Shown: positions 27,691 through 37,192 of the stretch, one piece after another
Numbering within the stretch: the stretch's first letter is position 1
Layout: each line of letters opens with the position of its first letter
From: an uncultured Eubacteriales bacterium
GTDB lineage: Bacteria > Bacillota > Clostridia > Oscillospirales > Oscillospiraceae
NCBI GenBank assembly: GCA_900320595.1
Contig: ONSW01000001.1
Span: forward strand, 28,560 to 92,559
DNA length: 64,000 nucleotides
Reading direction: 5' to 3'
The notes under the pieces: model-generated
What the model saw: the letters and a program-made list of their open reading frames with translations, nothing else
What the model was told of the DNA's origin: nothing
The model's database searches: none
Position numbers and translations under genes: made by a program

Positions 27691-29016
27691 ATGGCAAAGC
27701 CACTGGTGGCGATCGTCGGCCGCCCGAACGTGGGCAAGTCGATGCTGTTCAATCGTCTGGTAGGGAAGCGTCTTTCCATCGTGGAGGATACCCCCGGCGT
27801 CACGCGCGACAGGCTGTATGCCGAGTGCGAGTGGTGCGGCAGAACATTTGATATGGTGGACACCGGCGGTATCGAGCCGAGCACTGACAGCGAGATCCTG
27901 CAGTTCATGCGCGAGCAGGCGCAGATCGCGATCGACGCGGCCGATGTGATCGTGCTGGTCACCGATATCCGCACGGGCGTGACAGCGGCGGACAAGGACG
28001 TGGCCAATATGCTGCTGCGCTCGCGCAAGCCGGTCGTTCTTGCCGTGAACAAGGCGGACTCCACAGGCCCGGAGGACCCCGCAGTCTATGAATTCTATGA
28101 GCTCGGTCTCGGCGATCCGATCGCCGTGAGCGCCGTGCACGGACACGGAACGGGCGAGCTGCTTGACGCCTGTCTTGCCCACCTCCCGCCACAGACGGAC
28201 GAGGAGGAAGAGGACGACCGGATCAAGGTCGCCGTGATCGGCAAGCCGAACGTGGGAAAATCCTCGCTGATCAACTGCATTCTCGGCGAAAAGCGCGTGA
28301 TCGTCAGCAACGTTGCGGGCACGACGCGTGATGCGGTCGACACGCCGTTTGAAAACGACAAAGGCAAATATGTCTTTATCGACACGGCCGGCATCCGGCG
28401 CAAGTCCAAGGTGGACGAGCGGGTCGAGAAGTTTTCGGTCATGCGCGCCCAGCTCGCAATAGAACGCGCGGACGTGTGCGTGATCATGATCGATGCGCGC
28501 GAGGGCGTGACCGAGCAGGACACCAAGATCGCCGGGCTGGCGCACGAAGCGGGCAAGGCCAGCATCGTCGTCGTCAACAAATGGGATTTGGTCGAAAAAG
28601 AGACCGGCACGATGGAAAAGATGCGCAAGGACGTGATGCGCGATCTAAGCTTTATGAGCTATGCGCCGATCCTCTTCATCTCTGCGCTTACCGGCCAGAG
28701 AACGGAGCGGCTCTTCGAGCTGGTCAACTTTGTCAACGACCAGAGCAACATGCGCATCTCGACCGGCATGCTCAACGACGTGCTCGCCGACGCGCAGGCG
28801 CGCGTACAGCCGCCCACCGACAAGGGCAGACGGCTGAAGATCTATTACATGACGCAGACCGGCATCAAGCCGCCCAACTTCGTGATCTTCTGCAATTCGC
28901 GCGAGCTGTTCCATTTTTCCTATCAGCGCTATCTCGAAAATCAGATCCGCAGCGTGTTCGGTCTTGAGGGGACGCCTGTCCGTATCGTGATCCGACAGAA
29001 GGGAGACAAGGAATGA
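27691..29016 (+). CDS. der: ribosome-biogenesis GTPase Der (EngA)
   Basis: Two G domains (GRPNVGKS and GKPNVGKS, DTGG/DTAG, NKAD/NKWD) and a KH-like C-terminus. Confidence 0.95.
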   Translation: MAKPLVAIVGRPNVGKSMLFNRLVGKRLSIVEDTPGVTRDRLYAECEWCGRTFDMVDTGGIEPSTDSEILQFMREQAQIAIDAADVIVLVTDIRTGVTAADKDVANMLLRSRKPVVLAVNKADSTGPEDPAVYEFYELGLGDPIAVSAVHGHGTGELLDACLAHLPPQTDEEEEDDRIKVAVIGKPNVGKSSLINCILGEKRVIVSNVAGTTRDAVDTPFENDKGKYVFIDTAGIRRKSKVDERVEKFSVMRAQLAIERADVCVIMIDAREGVTEQDTKIAGLAHEAGKASIVVVNKWDLVEKETGTMEKMRKDVMRDLSFMSYAPILFISALTGQRTERLFELVNFVNDQSNMRISTGMLNDVLADAQARVQPPTDKGRRLKIYYMTQTGIKPPNFVIFCNSRELFHFSYQRYLENQIRSVFGLEGTPVRIVIRQKGDKE

Positions 29017-29657
29017 AATACTGGATCTTCAGTATTCTCACGGCTGCGCTCGCGTATCTGTTCGGCACGCTCAACTCTCTTGTCGTCGCATCGCGCCTTG
29101 TCTTCAAGACCAATCTGCGGCGCGTGGGAAAGGGGAGCCGCTGGCTGCCGAATTTCCGGCGTGTCTATGGCGTGAAGGGCTTTGCGAAGCTTGCCGCGGT
29201 TGAGTTTGTCAAGGACGCCTTTCCGCTGCTGATCGCCGGGTTGTTATTCCACGCCGACGGCAACGCCGTCGTAGGGCGTGCGCTCGCGGCGTTTTGTCTG
29301 GTGCTGGGGCGGATGTACCCCTCGCCCTACGGCTTTCGCGGAAGCTATGCGACAGGCGCGATCGTGGTTGGCGCGATGTTCATCAATCTTTCCATCGGCC
29401 TGGCTGTGCTGGCCGCGACGATCCTGGTTTCGTGGCTGACGAAGTATCTGCCGCTCGGCACGCTCGCCGGCGCGATCGTGCTCACGATCGCGGGCGTTCT
29501 TGTACTGGATAATCCGATCGCGACAAAACTTTGCATCTTTATCACGATCCTGGCGGTGATCCGCCTGATCCCTGCCATCTCGCGCGTCAGCGCGAAGAGC
29601 GAGCCCCGACTCAGCCTGGAGGAAGACATCACGTACAAATTTGACGAGCAGTTCTGA
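29013..29657 (+). CDS. PlsY-like membrane protein with degenerate catalytic motifs
   Basis: It sits in the position (after der) and has the size and topology of PlsY. However, the motifs read GKGSRWLPNF and GRMYPSPYGFRGSYATG instead of GSGNxGxTN and GHxxPxFxxFxGGKGxAT. ATGA overlap with the der stop. Confidence 0.55.
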   Translation: MKYWIFSILTAALAYLFGTLNSLVVASRLVFKTNLRRVGKGSRWLPNFRRVYGVKGFAKLAAVEFVKDAFPLLIAGLLFHADGNAVVGRALAAFCLVLGRMYPSPYGFRGSYATGAIVVGAMFINLSIGLAVLAATILVSWLTKYLPLGTLAGAIVLTIAGVLVLDNPIATKLCIFITILAVIRLIPAISRVSAKSEPRLSLEEDITYKFDEQF

Positions 29658-29915
29658 TATAGCAGCAGCGCCGCGAAATATGGTTTTCGCGGCGCTTGTT
29701 TTTCCCAGCCGTCACTTCGGCAGCCCGATCGGACGCGGCGGAAATCTAAATATTCCTTAAAACCGCACGGATCGGCTGTAAAATTCCGTATTGATGGTGT
29801 ATATTACGATCAGAGGAAGAGATTTCTATCGTTTCCTATTTTTTCCGTGAAACATTTTCGGATAAACAACGTCTTATATAGAGAAAGCATGCATGCAAAG
29901 GAGGAGGCGAGGCCC

Positions 29916-30608
29916 ATGGCGCGTCCCGCAGCGACGCCGGAATCGGAAAAAGAAAAGCGCAGAAAATGGATCTTGCTGATCACTTTGCTGCTGTCTTTTG
30001 CGGTCATGATCACGTCGCTGTTCTTCCTGGCCAAGATCCGCGGCTGGCGTGTGAGACGAAATGACAAAACGCTGCTGACGATTGTCAACGCCCAGTCGCC
30101 CGTGCCTTCCGACAGCGCGCAGACGCTGGCCTTTATCGACGATTCCCATATGGTCGACGCGCGCTGTGCCTATGAACTGGAGCAGATGCTTTCAGACTGC
30201 AGAGCGGCCGGGCATGCTCCCCGTGTCCTGGCGGCTTATCGAAGCGAAAGCGAGCAGCGCGAGCTGCTCAACGCCGTGACTGAGGATCATATGGCCGACG
30301 GTCTTTCATTTGAAGAAGCGAAAAAACGCGCGGACGAGGAAGTCGAACAGCCCGGATGCAGCGAGCATCAGCTGGGTCTCGCTGTTGATATCGGCGACGA
30401 CGAGGATAAAAGCGGCACACAGCATTGGCTGGAAGAACACGCGTGGGAATACGGCTTTATCCTCCGCTATCCGGCCGGAAGAGAGAGCGTCGCCGGCATA
30501 GCATGCGGCGAGGATCATTTTCGCTATGTCGGGCTTGACGCCGCAAAGCAGATCCGGGAGCTTGACATCACGCTGGAGGAATATGTCTCCATGTTTTACG
30601 GAAATTAA
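29916..30608 (+). CDS. M15 family D-alanyl-D-alanine carboxypeptidase (VanY-like), membrane anchored
   Basis: I prefer ATG 29916 (AGGAGGAGG 8 nt upstream); the track start at 29847 is a GTG. Motifs SEHQLGLAVDI and EHAWEYGFILRYP. Confidence 0.8.
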   Translation: MARPAATPESEKEKRRKWILLITLLLSFAVMITSLFFLAKIRGWRVRRNDKTLLTIVNAQSPVPSDSAQTLAFIDDSHMVDARCAYELEQMLSDCRAAGHAPRVLAAYRSESEQRELLNAVTEDHMADGLSFEEAKKRADEEVEQPGCSEHQLGLAVDIGDDEDKSGTQHWLEEHAWEYGFILRYPAGRESVAGIACGEDHFRYVGLDAAKQIRELDITLEEYVSMFYGN

Positions 30609-30624
30609 ACCCGCATCTCTACAT

Positions 30625-30674
30625 AAAGGATCCCCGAAGGGCGCGAAAAGCAGCCCCTCGGGGATCCTTTTTTG
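30625..30674. terminator. bidirectional intrinsic terminator
   Basis: Long stem GGATCCCCGA...TCGGGGATCC with an inner GGGC/GCCC, flanked by AAA and TTTTTT. Confidence 0.8.
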
Positions 30675-31034
30675 TCAAAGAAGGAAAAACGCCGCGAAGA
30701 GTCCTGCCGCCGCGCCGAGCAGGAAATACAGCAGGCGCGTGAGGAGCGTGATACTGCTCGGCGGCGTGTGGGCGGCCGTATACTCCCAGGCCGCCCGGCG
30801 CGCTTCTCGCAGGATCTGCGCGCTGCTGACGCCGCGTCGGGTAAAGAGATCATCGCAAAGTATGAATATTGCCTCCTTGAAATACTCGGTATTCGGTGAC
30901 TTTACGATGATCACATTGCCCGCGCTTCCCCGGATCACCTCCCTTTCTCTGCCGCGTTCCGCCGCAAAGCTGCGGCGCGGGACGAACAGCCTGCCGAGCG
31001 CGCCGCCAAGCGCACTTCGGATCCGATCGATCAT
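30675..31034 (-). CDS. small tail-anchored protein translationally coupled to spoIIE
   Basis: ATG 31034 overlaps the spoIIE stop (ATGA at 31031-31034). 119 aa. Soluble core VIIVKSPNTEYFKEAIFIL and C-terminal TM LLYFLLGAAAGLFAAFFLL. Confidence 0.6.
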   Translation of the reverse strand: MIDRIRSALGGALGRLFVPRRSFAAERGREREVIRGSAGNVIIVKSPNTEYFKEAIFILCDDLFTRRGVSSAQILREARRAAWEYTAAHTPPSSITLLTRLLYFLLGAAAGLFAAFFLL

Positions 31035-33355
31035 ACCCGCTCCTCCACGCGTACGGTGACGACGGTCATATCGTCGCCGCTGCCATAGAGCTTTTCCGCC
31101 TCCCGCAGCGTGTCTTTGGCAAGCGATTTCATATCCTCGCCGCTTCGCAGCAGTATGTTTTTTACCCATTCGTCCTCGCCGTCGGCAATGACGCCGTCCG
31201 AGGCAATGATCGCCGTTGAGCCGGGCTGGAGCTTCATCCTTACGACGTCCGGCGCGCTTCCGCCGCCGAGGCTGAGCCCCGCCGCGAGCGTCTCACCTTT
31301 GATGCGGCGCACGGTTCTGCCGCTTCGGACATAGGAGGGCGCGGCGCCGTATTTGTAAAAACAGGTCTCGCCGGAGAAAAGATCGATGCACATCAGGTCG
31401 ACCGTGGCAAAGCCCCAGCTCTCTCCGCTGCGAAGAAGCAGAGCGGAGTTGAGCACCTTCATCGCCGAGGCGCCGTCGGCGCCGGAGCGCAGAAATTTTT
31501 CGAGGATGGCGACGACCTGGCTGCTGTCCCGCGCGGCCTCGTCCCCGGAGCCCATGCCGTCGGAGAGAATCACGCACAGGACGCCCGCGTCGGTTTTGAA
31601 ATAACTGCCCTTGTCGCCGCTGACGCGTTCGCCGCGTTTTTTCAGCGCCGCGATCCCGACCGAGACGGCAAGAGGCTCGGCCTCCAGTACGACAAGACGC
31701 ACGTCGGAGACCTCCGCCCCCTGGGGGAGACAGACGCGCACGCCCAAAATGTTCGAAAGCCTCTCAAGGTATCCGGGGTCGGAGGTCAGCGGGGCGAGCG
31801 AGCCGCTTTCCATGGCTGCGCGAAGTCTGCCGCGGCCGTCACGGTAGACGGACACCTCGGCGTCGATCTCGAGCGAGCGCAGATAGCGCAGCAGCCGCTG
31901 CTCGGCAAGGAGATCCGAGCCGTTGACGCTGCCGAGCTCGTCCGACACGGCCGTGAGGAGACGGGACATATCCGCATATTGCTCCCATGCCACGGCGCTT
32001 TTTTCGGCAAGACGCGATTTAAGCTCGCGGCGATAATTCTGTGTGCGCAGCTCGCTGTTGACAGCCCCGATAAAGGCCGACAGATCCGTGCATTTGCTGC
32101 GAAAAAAGCCGGGAATGTCCTCGGCGGCAAGCGAGCCGTTTTGGCACATGGCCTTTGTCGCATCGTTGAGTGCGCTGAGCGTGTCGAGATACTCCGCATT
32201 CCAGCATCGGTTCTTGTTCACACAGCGGACGCAGACGCGGTCCGCCGCCCGGTCAAAGACACGTGCGATGTCGTTGTCGTTGCTGCTGTCGGTAAGAGAG
32301 CTCTCTACGATCCCATACAGCTCGCCGTAGGCCTCGCCGAGCCCCTTGACCTTGTTGGCCACAAAGCGGCGCAGATCCCGCTCGCCCCTGCCGTGTTCGG
32401 TGTCATGCAGGAACATACCGAGCCTTCCGAGAAAGCGGGAGGGGAGAAGAATAAAGATGACCGAGGCGCAGAAGGTCTCAAAAAGCGCGGCCGTCGAAAC
32501 CTCACCCGACCACGCGCAGGTCGCGGCAAGTGCGGAGGCAAGGACGAAGGAGAGCGTAAAGACAAGACGGCTGTGGCGCGAAAAAACACCGCCGAGAAGC
32601 CCGGAGAGGGCATACGACATGGCGTAAAAGCAGCTGCCGCCCGACGCAAGGTCTGTCGTGATGCCGAGCACGGTGCCGGCTGCAGCGCCGGTGAGCATCC
32701 CTCCCTTGAGGGCGGAAGCCATCAGAACGATCAGCGCCAGCGTGCGCCCGATCGAAATGAGATCAAGCAGCTTCCAGGGGACGAGCGCCATGAGCGCACA
32801 GGCTGCCAGAACGGTAACGGAAACGCTGAGGCGGATCTCGCCCTGTTCGGAGAGATCGCTGCGGTTTTCGATCGCGATGCGGAAAAAGTAAGCGCCGCCG
32901 AAGGCAAGAACCGTTTCAAGGATGAGAGCGGCTGCGTCCGGTACGGAGGCACCGGAGAGGGAAAAGCTGCCGAGAAAAGCCGTCAGCGCCGTGATGAGAG
33001 CGGCACAGAAAGGCATGAAGAGCGGGCGAGTGGCAAAGGAAAATTCCTGAAAAATATAGGCGGTCGTAAAGGTCAGCACAGAGGCGGCAATATAGCGGAT
33101 GCCCCAGCCAAGCCCGCCGCCGAACAGATAGCCGAGCGAAGCGCCTGCAAGCGCCGCGGCTCCGCTCCAGCCTGTTCCGGCCGCGGCAACAAGCGCAATG
33201 GCAAACGGCGCGCCGCCGCTCGGCGTTCGAGCCAGAGAAAGCAAACAGGCCAGAGCCGCCGCCACGATACACCGCAGCGCCGTAAGGGATCGTTGATCCC
33301 GGTTTTCCAGTGAAAACAATTTGCCAAGCTTAGAGAGCCCGCTTTGTCCATCCAT
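31031..33355 (-). CDS. spoIIE: stage II sporulation protein E (PP2C phosphatase with multi-TM N-terminus)
   Basis: About 330 aa of hydrophobic helices, then a C-terminal PP2C domain with VLCVILSDGMGSGDEAA ... IIASDGV. Confidence 0.9.
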   Translation of the reverse strand: MDGQSGLSKLGKLFSLENRDQRSLTALRCIVAAALACLLSLARTPSGGAPFAIALVAAAGTGWSGAAALAGASLGYLFGGGLGWGIRYIAASVLTFTTAYIFQEFSFATRPLFMPFCAALITALTAFLGSFSLSGASVPDAAALILETVLAFGGAYFFRIAIENRSDLSEQGEIRLSVSVTVLAACALMALVPWKLLDLISIGRTLALIVLMASALKGGMLTGAAAGTVLGITTDLASGGSCFYAMSYALSGLLGGVFSRHSRLVFTLSFVLASALAATCAWSGEVSTAALFETFCASVIFILLPSRFLGRLGMFLHDTEHGRGERDLRRFVANKVKGLGEAYGELYGIVESSLTDSSNDNDIARVFDRAADRVCVRCVNKNRCWNAEYLDTLSALNDATKAMCQNGSLAAEDIPGFFRSKCTDLSAFIGAVNSELRTQNYRRELKSRLAEKSAVAWEQYADMSRLLTAVSDELGSVNGSDLLAEQRLLRYLRSLEIDAEVSVYRDGRGRLRAAMESGSLAPLTSDPGYLERLSNILGVRVCLPQGAEVSDVRLVVLEAEPLAVSVGIAALKKRGERVSGDKGSYFKTDAGVLCVILSDGMGSGDEAARDSSQVVAILEKFLRSGADGASAMKVLNSALLLRSGESWGFATVDLMCIDLFSGETCFYKYGAAPSYVRSGRTVRRIKGETLAAGLSLGGGSAPDVVRMKLQPGSTAIIASDGVIADGEDEWVKNILLRSGEDMKSLAKDTLREAEKLYGSGDDMTVVTVRVEERV

Positions 33356-33502
33356 CTCCGTCAGTCTCCTTTGAAGTTTACATAAGGTAAGTCAAATTAT
33401 AGTTATGTAATTCCGAGAAGACAGTCGGACGGCGCTGTAAAAACCATTGTCTTTACGCGCGGAAAAGCAGGGAAATGACAGGCCCGGTCTGCACCCTTTT
33501 CC

Positions 33503-33531
33503 TTGCCAAAAACGGGCTGGCATGGTAAAAT
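33503..33531 (+). promoter_or_regulatory. sigma-A-type promoter of ahcY
   Basis: TTGCCA, 17-nt spacer, TAAAAT with TG at -14/-15. This leaves only a ~25-30-nt leader. Confidence 0.5.
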
Positions 33532-33561
33532 CATCTATAATCTTTTTGGGAGGACAGAGAT

Positions 33562-34797
33562 ATGAGCCGAATTGCCGATATCGCGCTCGCACCGTCGGGC
33601 GAGATCAAAATCAACTGGGTAGAGCGCAACATGCCCGTGCTGCGCGCACTGGGCGAGGATTTTAAAAAGACAAAGCCTTTTGCGGGGCTTCGCGTGGCGC
33701 TTTCCGTTCATCTGGAGGCGAAGACGGCTTATCTCTGCCGCGTATTGGAGATGGGCGGGGCCGAGATGTATGTGACAGGCTCCAACCCGCTGTCGACCCA
33801 GGACGACGTCGCCGCCGCGCTTGCAGCGGGCGGGATGAACGTCTTTGCACGCTACGGCTGCTCGATGGCGGAATATGAGGAGTGCCTGTGCAGTGTGCTT
33901 GAGGCGGCGCCGCAGATCATCATCGATGACGGCGGCGATCTGGTCCATCTGATGCATACCCGCTATACCGATCTGATCCCGCAGGTCATCGGCGGCTGTG
34001 AGGAGACGACCACCGGCATCCACCGCCTGAAGATCATGGCGCGGGAGGGAACGCTGCGCTTCCCGATGATGATGGTCAACGAGGCCGACTGCAAGCACAT
34101 GTTTGACAACCGCTACGGCACCGGACAGTCTGTCTGGGACGGCATCATGCGCACGACCAATCTGGTCGTGGCGGGCAAATATGTCGTTGTCTCCGGCTAC
34201 GGCTGGTGCGGCAAGGGCGTTTCGATGCGCGCCAAGGGACTGGGAGCCAAGGTCATTGTGACCGAGACCGATCCGATCCGCGCGCTTGAGGCCGTGATGG
34301 ACGGCTATGAGGTCATGCCAATGGCGGACGCGGCGGCGCTGGGCGATATTTTCATCACGGTGACCGGCTGCAGCGGCGTCATCCGCAAGGAGCATTTCCT
34401 CTCGCTCAAGGACGGGGCGATCCTGTCTAATGCGGGACATTTTGACGTCGAGGTAGACATGGCGGGACTCGAGGAGATCGCCGTGAAGAAATATGAGGCG
34501 CGGCACAACATTCAGGGTTATGTGCTGCCGAACGGAAAAACGGTCTTTACGATCGCCGAAGGGCGGCTCGTCAACCTGGCCGCAGCCGACGGCCATCCGG
34601 CTGAGATCATGGATATGAGCTTTGCCGTCCAGGCGCTGAGCGCCGAATATCTCGTGCGTATGCGCGGAAAACTGGACAATACCGTGATCGCCTTCCCGCG
34701 TGAACTGGATGAGGCGGTCGCGGCGCGCAAGCTGCGCGCGATGGGTGTTTCGATCGACGCGCTCAGCGACGAGCAAAAGAGCTATCTCGGCATTTAA
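33562..34797 (+). CDS. ahcY: adenosylhomocysteinase (short form)
   Basis: EIKINWVERNMPVL, SNPLSTQDDVAAAL, NAD site VSGYGWCGKG. Confidence 0.95.
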   Translation: MSRIADIALAPSGEIKINWVERNMPVLRALGEDFKKTKPFAGLRVALSVHLEAKTAYLCRVLEMGGAEMYVTGSNPLSTQDDVAAALAAGGMNVFARYGCSMAEYEECLCSVLEAAPQIIIDDGGDLVHLMHTRYTDLIPQVIGGCEETTTGIHRLKIMAREGTLRFPMMMVNEADCKHMFDNRYGTGQSVWDGIMRTTNLVVAGKYVVVSGYGWCGKGVSMRAKGLGAKVIVTETDPIRALEAVMDGYEVMPMADAAALGDIFITVTGCSGVIRKEHFLSLKDGAILSNAGHFDVEVDMAGLEEIAVKKYEARHNIQGYVLPNGKTVFTIAEGRLVNLAAADGHPAEIMDMSFAVQALSAEYLVRMRGKLDNTVIAFPRELDEAVAARKLRAMGVSIDALSDEQKSYLGI

Positions 34798-34829
34798 AAC
34801 AGCCAGGTATAACAGGGAGGTGGACCGGT

Positions 34830-36242
34830 ATGGAGGACGAAGAAAGGATCGACGAGCCTGTCGTCTATGACGATCTTGTCGATAAACATACCGACGAGCT
34901 GACAGAAATGCTCGACAATCGCAACATGAAGGCCCTGCGCGAGAGAATGGACGAGATGCCGGAATTCGATGTGGCTGAATTCCTTTCCTCGCTCGAAGAC
35001 AACCGTATGCCGATGCTCTTCCGGCTCCTTTCCAAGGAGAAGGCGGCGGAGGTCTTTGCCAATTTCGACGCGCTGGATCAGGAGCGGATCATCAACTCGA
35101 TCACGGACTCGGAGCTTGCCGGGATCGTGGAAGAGCTGTACGTCGACGACGCGGTCGACATGATGGAGGAGCTTCCCGCGAACGTGGTCAAGCGTGTGAT
35201 GCGCACCGCGACGAGCGAGACGCGAAACCTGATCAATCAGTATCTGCACTATCCGGAGAATTCCGCCGGCTCGATCATGACCGCGGAATTTGTGGATCTT
35301 AAAAAATATATGAGCGTCAAGGACGCCTTTGCCCGCATCCGCCGCATCGGCGAGGACAAGGAGACGATCTACATCTGCTTTGTGACCTCGGCCGACCGAA
35401 AGCTGGAGGGCATCGTCACCGTCAAGGATCTGCTGCTGGCCGATCCCGAAACAGTCATCGAGGAGCTGATGGACCGCAACGTCATCTATGCCGTGACGAC
35501 CGAGGACCAGGAGAGCGTCTCGGCAAAGTTCTCGGACTATGACCTGATGGCGCTGCCCGTCGTGGACAAGGAACACCGGCTGGTCGGCATCGTAACGGTC
35601 GACGATATCATCGACGTTATGGAACAGGAGGCCACCGAGGATATCCAGCTCATGGCCGGTATGACGCCGTCCGACAAGCCCTATCTGCGCACCGGCATCA
35701 CGGAGATGTGGAAGAACCGTATCCCCTGGCTGATGTTCCTGATGCTCTCGGCGACCTTTACCAGCATGATCCTGACCTCGTTCGAGGACAGGCTGGCCGT
35801 TCAGACGGTGCTGATCGCCTTTATCCCGATGCTGATGGGAACGGGAGGCAACTCCGGCGCCCAGGCTTCCACTGCCGTGATCCGCAGCCTCTCGCTCGGC
35901 GACATCGAGCCGAGAGACGTGCTGAAGGTCATGTGGAAGGAATGGCGCGTGGCGCTGCTGTGCGGGCTGTCGCTTGCTGCGGTCAACTTTGTCAAAATGC
36001 TGCTTCTCGACGGCATGCTTCTCGGCAACAGCAGCATTACAGTATCGGTCGCGGCGACGGTGAGCGTGTCGATCGTCTTTATCGTCATGTTCGCCAAGGT
36101 CGTCGGCAGCTTTCTCCCCATTGCGGCGGAAAAGATCGGCGTCGATCCCGCGGTCATGGCCAACCCGCTGATCTCAACGCTGACCGACGCGGTATCGCTG
36201 TTGATCTATATCTTCGTGGCAAAACTTGTTTTGAAGATCTGA
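34830..36242 (+). CDS. mgtE: magnesium transporter MgtE
   Basis: N-domain, CBS pair, and TM domain with GTGGNSGAQAST. Confidence 0.9.
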   Translation: MEDEERIDEPVVYDDLVDKHTDELTEMLDNRNMKALRERMDEMPEFDVAEFLSSLEDNRMPMLFRLLSKEKAAEVFANFDALDQERIINSITDSELAGIVEELYVDDAVDMMEELPANVVKRVMRTATSETRNLINQYLHYPENSAGSIMTAEFVDLKKYMSVKDAFARIRRIGEDKETIYICFVTSADRKLEGIVTVKDLLLADPETVIEELMDRNVIYAVTTEDQESVSAKFSDYDLMALPVVDKEHRLVGIVTVDDIIDVMEQEATEDIQLMAGMTPSDKPYLRTGITEMWKNRIPWLMFLMLSATFTSMILTSFEDRLAVQTVLIAFIPMLMGTGGNSGAQASTAVIRSLSLGDIEPRDVLKVMWKEWRVALLCGLSLAAVNFVKMLLLDGMLLGNSSITVSVAATVSVSIVFIVMFAKVVGSFLPIAAEKIGVDPAVMANPLISTLTDAVSLLIYIFVAKLVLKI

Positions 36243-36260
36243 GGATTCGGGTGAGTTCAT

Positions 36261-37178
36261 ATGCAAATGTCTGCACTGCTGACTAAAATGGCGCTGTTTG
36301 TGATCGTGATCCTGATCGGCATGTTCGGCGCCAGAAAAAAGATCCTGACAAAGGATTTCAACCGAGGCTTGAGCTGGCTGATCGTCAATGTTTTCATCGT
36401 CGCGGCGATCATCAACTCCGTCATTTCGATGGACGCCTCTGACATTGCCCTGGGAGAGCTTGGCATTATCCTGCTGATCTCGAGCCTGACCTACGTGGTG
36501 CTGTATCTGCTCGGTGCGCTCACGGTCCGGCTGCTGCGGGTAGACGAAGGAAAAGCGCCGCAGCTCGAACTGCTTATGAGCGCGATCAATAATCTGTTTG
36601 TGACGCTGCCAGTCGTGGAGACGGTCTATGGCAGCAAAGGGGCGTTTATCATCGCTCTCGGGTGCATCCCGTTCAATCTGCTGCTGTATTCCTACGGCAT
36701 CGCCAGATTGCGGGGAAAGGGCGGAAAATTCCGTGTGAAGGATATTCTTTCGACTCCGCTGGTGGCAACGCTCGCGGCCGTGCTGCTCTTTGCCCTGCGC
36801 ATTCCGGTGCCGACTCCGGTCAGAAGTATTCTTTCGTCTCTGTCCGCAGCGACCGTGCCGATGTCCATGCTGCTGGTCGGCTCGTCGCTGGGCAATGTTG
36901 ACCTTGGAAAAGCGCTGCGGGATAAGAGCATGTTTCTGTTGACAGCGGAACGCTTTGTTCTCGCGCCGCTCGTTGTTTTCCTGCTGATGAAGCTCATCTG
37001 CGGCGACGAGGTATTGCGCGGCGCGATGGTCATCACGGCCGCGACCCCCAGCGCGATCCTTGTCACGGCGCTGAGCCTGCAGACCGGGCGCAGCGGCGAA
37101 TACAGCTCAGAGGGCATTACGGTCACGACGCTGCTCTCGATGATCACGATCCCGCTTACGGTCTATCTGCTGTTGTAA
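36261..37178 (+). CDS. AEC (auxin efflux carrier) family permease
   Basis: 305-aa 10-TM-type protein with the AEC-like N- and C-terminal repeats. Confidence 0.8.
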   Translation: MQMSALLTKMALFVIVILIGMFGARKKILTKDFNRGLSWLIVNVFIVAAIINSVISMDASDIALGELGIILLISSLTYVVLYLLGALTVRLLRVDEGKAPQLELLMSAINNLFVTLPVVETVYGSKGAFIIALGCIPFNLLLYSYGIARLRGKGGKFRVKDILSTPLVATLAAVLLFALRIPVPTPVRSILSSLSAATVPMSMLLVGSSLGNVDLGKALRDKSMFLLTAERFVLAPLVVFLLMKLICGDEVLRGAMVITAATPSAILVTALSLQTGRSGEYSSEGITVTTLLSMITIPLTVYLLL

Positions 37179-37192
37179 GGATGTGAGAGGAT

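Noticed and set aside
27205-28545. 446-aa ORF on the - strand
   Set aside because: Antisense to der and the end of the DUF512 gene. No motifs, and overlaps two well-supported genes.
31979-33313. 444-aa ORF on the + strand
   Set aside because: Antisense to spoIIE. Arg/Gly/Lys-rich nonsense-like translation.
33532-33561. SAH riboswitch upstream of ahcY
   Set aside because: The predicted promoter leaves a ~25-30-nt leader. The remainder of the gap belongs to the divergent spoIIE promoter and shows no SAH-element-like pseudoknot sequence.
33535-34776. 413-aa ORF on the - strand
   Set aside because: Antisense to ahcY. Shadow ORF.
34798-34829. M-box (Mg2+) riboswitch upstream of mgtE
   Set aside because: Only 32 nt separate ahcY and mgtE, so there is no room for a ~170-nt M-box.
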